Positions 59,976 to 64,000 of a stretch of 64,000 nucleotides of DNA are shown in pieces. Location of the stretch: contig MU054662.1 in assembly GCA_013239625.1 (NCBI GenBank), positions 14,311,798 through 14,375,797 of the forward strand, read 5' to 3'. The translations under genes and the position numbers were made by a program. How positions within the stretch are numbered: the first letter of the stretch is position 1; each line of letters starts with the position of its first letter. Origin of the DNA: Lama guanicoe. Taxonomy: Eukaryota. The notes beneath the pieces are model-generated. The model did no database searches and was not told the DNA's origin. It saw only the letters and a program-made list of their open reading frames with translations.

Positions 59976-61989
59976 AGCAGAGGGACACGGCTGTGAGGCT
60001 GGGATCTGTTCACTTGTCCAGACAAGGGCGAGCCCCTCAGAGCCAGCCCTGGGGCTCAGGGCCCTCCTGGCCAAAGTGCTCCCCCGACCCTGCCTCGGCC
60101 AGCAGCCCCGTCTCTTCTGAACCCCAGGACCTACTGCGCTCAGCACTCTGCATCATTGCCTTGAAAACACGCAGACGACCGTGTGGGGCTCTCATCTGTG
60201 CCCAGGGCTCGGGGCCCAGCGGCCACTCCAGGAGAGGACCCTGGACAGGAGCCGTGCGGCCCTCTGCTGCACGAACAAGCCCTCCCGGACGCCGCCGGGC
60301 GCTGCCCTCGGGGATTATGGGAGGAGGGGGCGAGCTGCAGGGGCCACTGCTGTGTTGCAGGGATTCTGCTGCCTTCACTCGTCTGACCTTCACAGGGCCC
60401 CTTCAGGGCTGGTGGTGACATCCCAAATGATGGAGTGAGACGGGGCGCTCACAGAGGTCGGTAACCTGACCCGGGACTTCAGCCCAGGCATCTCTGGCTC
60501 CGAGTCTGCCCGGTTTCTGTTCTGTTCTCTGACCTCCCACACACAACGCTGCTCCTCGTGGCTGTTGAAGACGGAGACCCCCAGTTTGGCCCCTTGGCTG
60601 GGAGTCCACGTGGCCTCCTCTTCCTCAGGGCCCCTCGCCTCACACAAGGTCCGTCATCGTCCAGAGACCTTTGCTTCTCTTCCCATTCTTCCCACCATCC
60701 TGGCTCCATCCAAGCCGGAGACCGGGAGTCTCAGCCGACAAGCAGAAGCCAGAGACAGGCTCTCGCCCCATCTCCTCCCCAGACCAGGGCAGCGGGGAGA
60801 CTGGGGTCCTCACCAAGCCTGAGTGCAAAGGAGGGCCTGGAGACAAGGTCTCCACCCCAAGCTGCAGGCCGTGGCTCTCCAGGCTTTCCTCCGTACCTCT
60901 GCCTCCTTGGGAAGGCCTCACATCCACAGCTGGGCCAGGATCGCCGTGGGGGTGCCCTCAGTGTTCCCCTCCCTCTGGGATGGGCTCCCTCTGCCTCCGT
61001 CTGGTCCCCCTTCCATGCCAGACCAAGCTCAGCCTGTGTTTGGCCTCATGTCCCCTGCTGGAATCTTTTCTGAGGGGGCCGTCTGGGGGCCTGGGAAGAG
61101 CTCGAGATGAGGGCTCAGAAGACTTGTGTGCTGTTCCCAATTCTGCCACCAACACGCTGGATGATCTCGAGTGTCTGGGCCTCAGTGTCCCCTTCTGTGG
61201 TCGCTAGGCCAGCTGGCCCATCCTGACGTTCTGTGCTGCTGTCTCAGCTCTGCAGCTCCTTGAATCTATTCCTCCCCCAATCCCGACCCAGCAGTGCATC
61301 CACCCCCGGCCCATCCTACCCACACCTGCCAGCTACACAGCATGTGAGGCAGTTGGTTTGTTGGTGTGATTTCTTTACAGGCAGGAAGTCGAATTTAAAT
61401 TGCGCCCCAATCAGCACAGAAGCCCCGAGCTCAGGCCTCCCACCCAACACGCCATCGAGTCGCCTCTCCTTCTGTTTCCCTCCGTCTTTGTTCCTGCCCT
61501 TTTCCGGTCACTCAGTCGGGTGCCACGTGCTCGGCGGATGTGCCCGCCAGGCTTGCTGCAGACCCGTGACCCAAGACGACAAGGGCTGTCCGGGAGGCAC
61601 GCGCAGCCCCACGAAAACACGACGCACGGCAGGCGGACAGAGGGTGTCTCGATGCCCTTAGTGTTTGCTGTACCCACGTTAGTTGTTAACTCCGTAGAGA
61701 GATCATGGTTTCTGTGCCTGCCTCCTGCCTTCTCAGCTACACGGCTCCAATACACCCCCCGCCCCCCTGCCAGGGCCTCACCTCCAGACCAGGGTGTGTG
61801 ACCTCTGCAGCCAAGGGGGGGCTTCAAGGCTGTGACGCACTGGCCAAGCCTGTCCAGACAAGTGATGGCCACCTGCCTTCCCCGAGGCCTGCTCAGCTCA
61901 GGGGCCCAGAGCTGCCTGTGGCCCCCCTCCCACCGCGGCCCCTTCTCCCCTGCGGCCCCACCATCTCAGCACTCCATGCCACTCCGTCA

Positions 61990-62190
61990 GTAACAGCTCT
62001 CAGGGCTCGGTGTAACTTACACAGAGCCTGCCCTGGTACTTACTCACTTAACTGTCTCAAAAACACAGGGAGACAGGATTATGACTGCTCCCCCTTCACA
62101 GATAGGAACCTGAGCTCAGGGGGACTTAGGGCCGCCCAGACCCACCGTGGAGCCAGACTTCCCGAGCTCCTGCAGTGCAAGAGCCTCCCT
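61990..62190 (-). mobile_element. MIR fragment
   Basis: CTCACTTAACTGTCTCAAAAAC...CCCCTTCACAGATAGGAACCTGAGCTCAGGG. Confidence 0.6.
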
Positions 62191-63699
62191 CAGGAACTTC
62201 CACATGGGGAGGTAGGGGCGGTGGCCTCTCCCCGGCTGCGGCCACTCCGGTCTCCTAAAATGTCACATCACCTGCGGCTTCAGGGCAAGTAGCCGGGAGA
62301 ACCCAGTCCCCAGCTCTCAGTCCATCTTCTTACACTGCAGGGGAGTGAGAGCAGGGGTCAGCGGTGGGGGGGGCGATGACAGGGCCACGGGCCACTGGTG
62401 CCCCTCCCCCCCCCGAGGACCACACCGACGGAATCTCTGGGGTGAGGAGGCGGGGGTGGATCAAGTGTTTGAGACACAGTGGGTTTTGCTTTCTTTCCTG
62501 GACAGAAATAAAGAAGAAAAATTAAAACATCAGGACGCTGGCCCAGCTCCCATGTGAAAACGAGGAGGTACGGGGTGTGGAATAGAAGACAAGCCCCTGG
62601 GGAGGCTGCGGTGGGGGTCTCGGGGCGGAACCGCTCTCCTTGGCTGACGGAGGCTGTGTGGGCAGGGGGGTGTCAGGTGTTTCCCTGGAACAGAGGGGTC
62701 TGCCTGCTCCACAGCTGCCCAGGGCCCCACCACGGTCTCCAGGCGAGTCCACACGTCTGGGGAGCAGCCTGCCCGGTGCACGTCGGGTGAGGGCCCAGCT
62801 GACGGCTCGTAAAAGAGGGGTGCAGGGTGCGCACCCTGGGGGTTTACACCAGAGACGGGAGCTATGGGGGAGGAATGGCCCCCACCCCAGCCGTCCATTC
62901 CCACCTGGACCTACTCCTGGGCCACGTCCGGCCTCCTGGAGGCTGCACGGGCTACTCTGTCAGGGAGAGACGGACGCTGAGGAGCTCACGAGGAGGCGGT
63001 CGGGGCGAAGAGAAGTGAAGAAAGGAGAAAGACAGAGGAGAGACAGGGCAGAGGAGGGGCAGACTCCAAGGGTGTGGGGGGAAGACAGACAGGTACCCTG
63101 GAGGCGGGCGGAGAAGGAATCTCCAGGCCGGGCGACAGGAAGGCAGACAAAGGAGACGAAAGGCCTGCAGGGGGACGTGTGCCCAGGCAGGCTCAGTGTC
63201 TCACCCCCTCCTCCCTGCACAGCCACTCCCACGTCTTTCTGGATCTTTCTGTCTGTTCACCTGCCACAGTCCAGGGCTGAGACCCCAAGCCCGGCGGATC
63301 CAGCTGTTCTTCGAGGGTTAGTGGTGCTGGGAGGCCTCCTGGTCCGAACCTCCCCCAAGATGAGGGGACAGGAGGACAGATGTAAAAGGACTGTAAATCT
63401 CTAAAGGATCAGACCCGGGGCACCCACGTCTGTGTCCAGGACGGAGCTCATCAGACCTTCGAGGGGAGCCTCGTCCCAGGTGCTCAGGCTGCCTGCCTGT
63501 CTGCTGACCTCGGTGTCCCGGCCCCTGCCCCTCACAGCGCTGGCCCCAGGTGGGCAGACGATGGGTGAGTGTGCTTGGGCGGAGGGGTGAGCCGCCTTGC
63601 CTGCACCGGCCAGGCGGTTAACCTAGACAGGGACGTACAGTGAGAGCATGAGCTTCTCCTTATTCCTGAAGCAGCTCTGGGCTCTTGGCACAGAGAATG

Positions 63700-64000
63700 A
63701 CCTAGAGGTTCTCAAGGAGCCACTGAATATGTATGAGGGAATCTGAGCGCGGGCGAAACAGCCAGGGGCAGGAGGGAGCATGGGCCGAGACCAAGGGGCG
63801 TGAGCCCTGGGACTGGGCATGAACCTGGCTGGAGGACAAGTGAGGCTCAGGAGGAAGGAGTGAGGAGACCGAGGGCACGGGCCAGGAGCTGGCGGAGCGG
63901 GCAGATGGAGCAGCAGAGCCAGCCGGGCGTGCGGCGAGGCCTGGCAGCCAAGCCCCGCGGTTTCTGAGGGAAGCAGATGCTTCCAGGGAGCAGCCGATGT
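63700..64000 (-). mobile_element. Degenerate L2 body fragment
   Basis: GACCAAGGGGCGTGAGCCCTGGGA...GAGGAGACCGAGGGCACGGGCCAG...GCAGCCAAG...GTTTCTGAGGGAAG resembles antisense L2. Confidence 0.45.

Noticed and set aside
1-64000. tRNA, rRNA, snoRNA, CRISPR array or prokaryotic/viral system
   Set aside because: None seen; the sequence is mammalian intronic and intergenic DNA with no repeat-spacer array or operon-like structure.

Overview
GC- and CpG-rich mammalian genomic DNA. The only coding sequence I can support is the first coding exon of IGSF9B on the minus strand (5464-5527, MIWYVATLIASVISARGLAAQ|G, phase-1 donor). It sits in a CpG-island promoter with two CCAAT boxes and an 8-codon uORF just before the start codon. 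Bases 1-5463 are IGSF9B intron 1; exon 2 is not in the window. The remaining ~58 kb is upstream intergenic DNA made of old repeats (MIR, L2, MLT1, three MLT2 LTRs, MER54/74-like and ERV1-like LTRs, L1 3' fragments), degenerate CA/RY tracts and two assembly gaps. It also carries several strong neuronal-type cis-element candidates: an RE1/REST site, an ETS-CRE composite, an AP-1 cluster, an RFX X-box cluster, a DR0 element and CTCF-like motifs. The L1 tails resemble cetartiodactyl elements and no lineage SINE was seen, which tentatively suggests a camelid (inference). I found no convincing novel multi-gene system; the long ORFs in the track look like GC-content artefacts. Repeat family names come from recalled consensus sequences and their boundaries are approximate.
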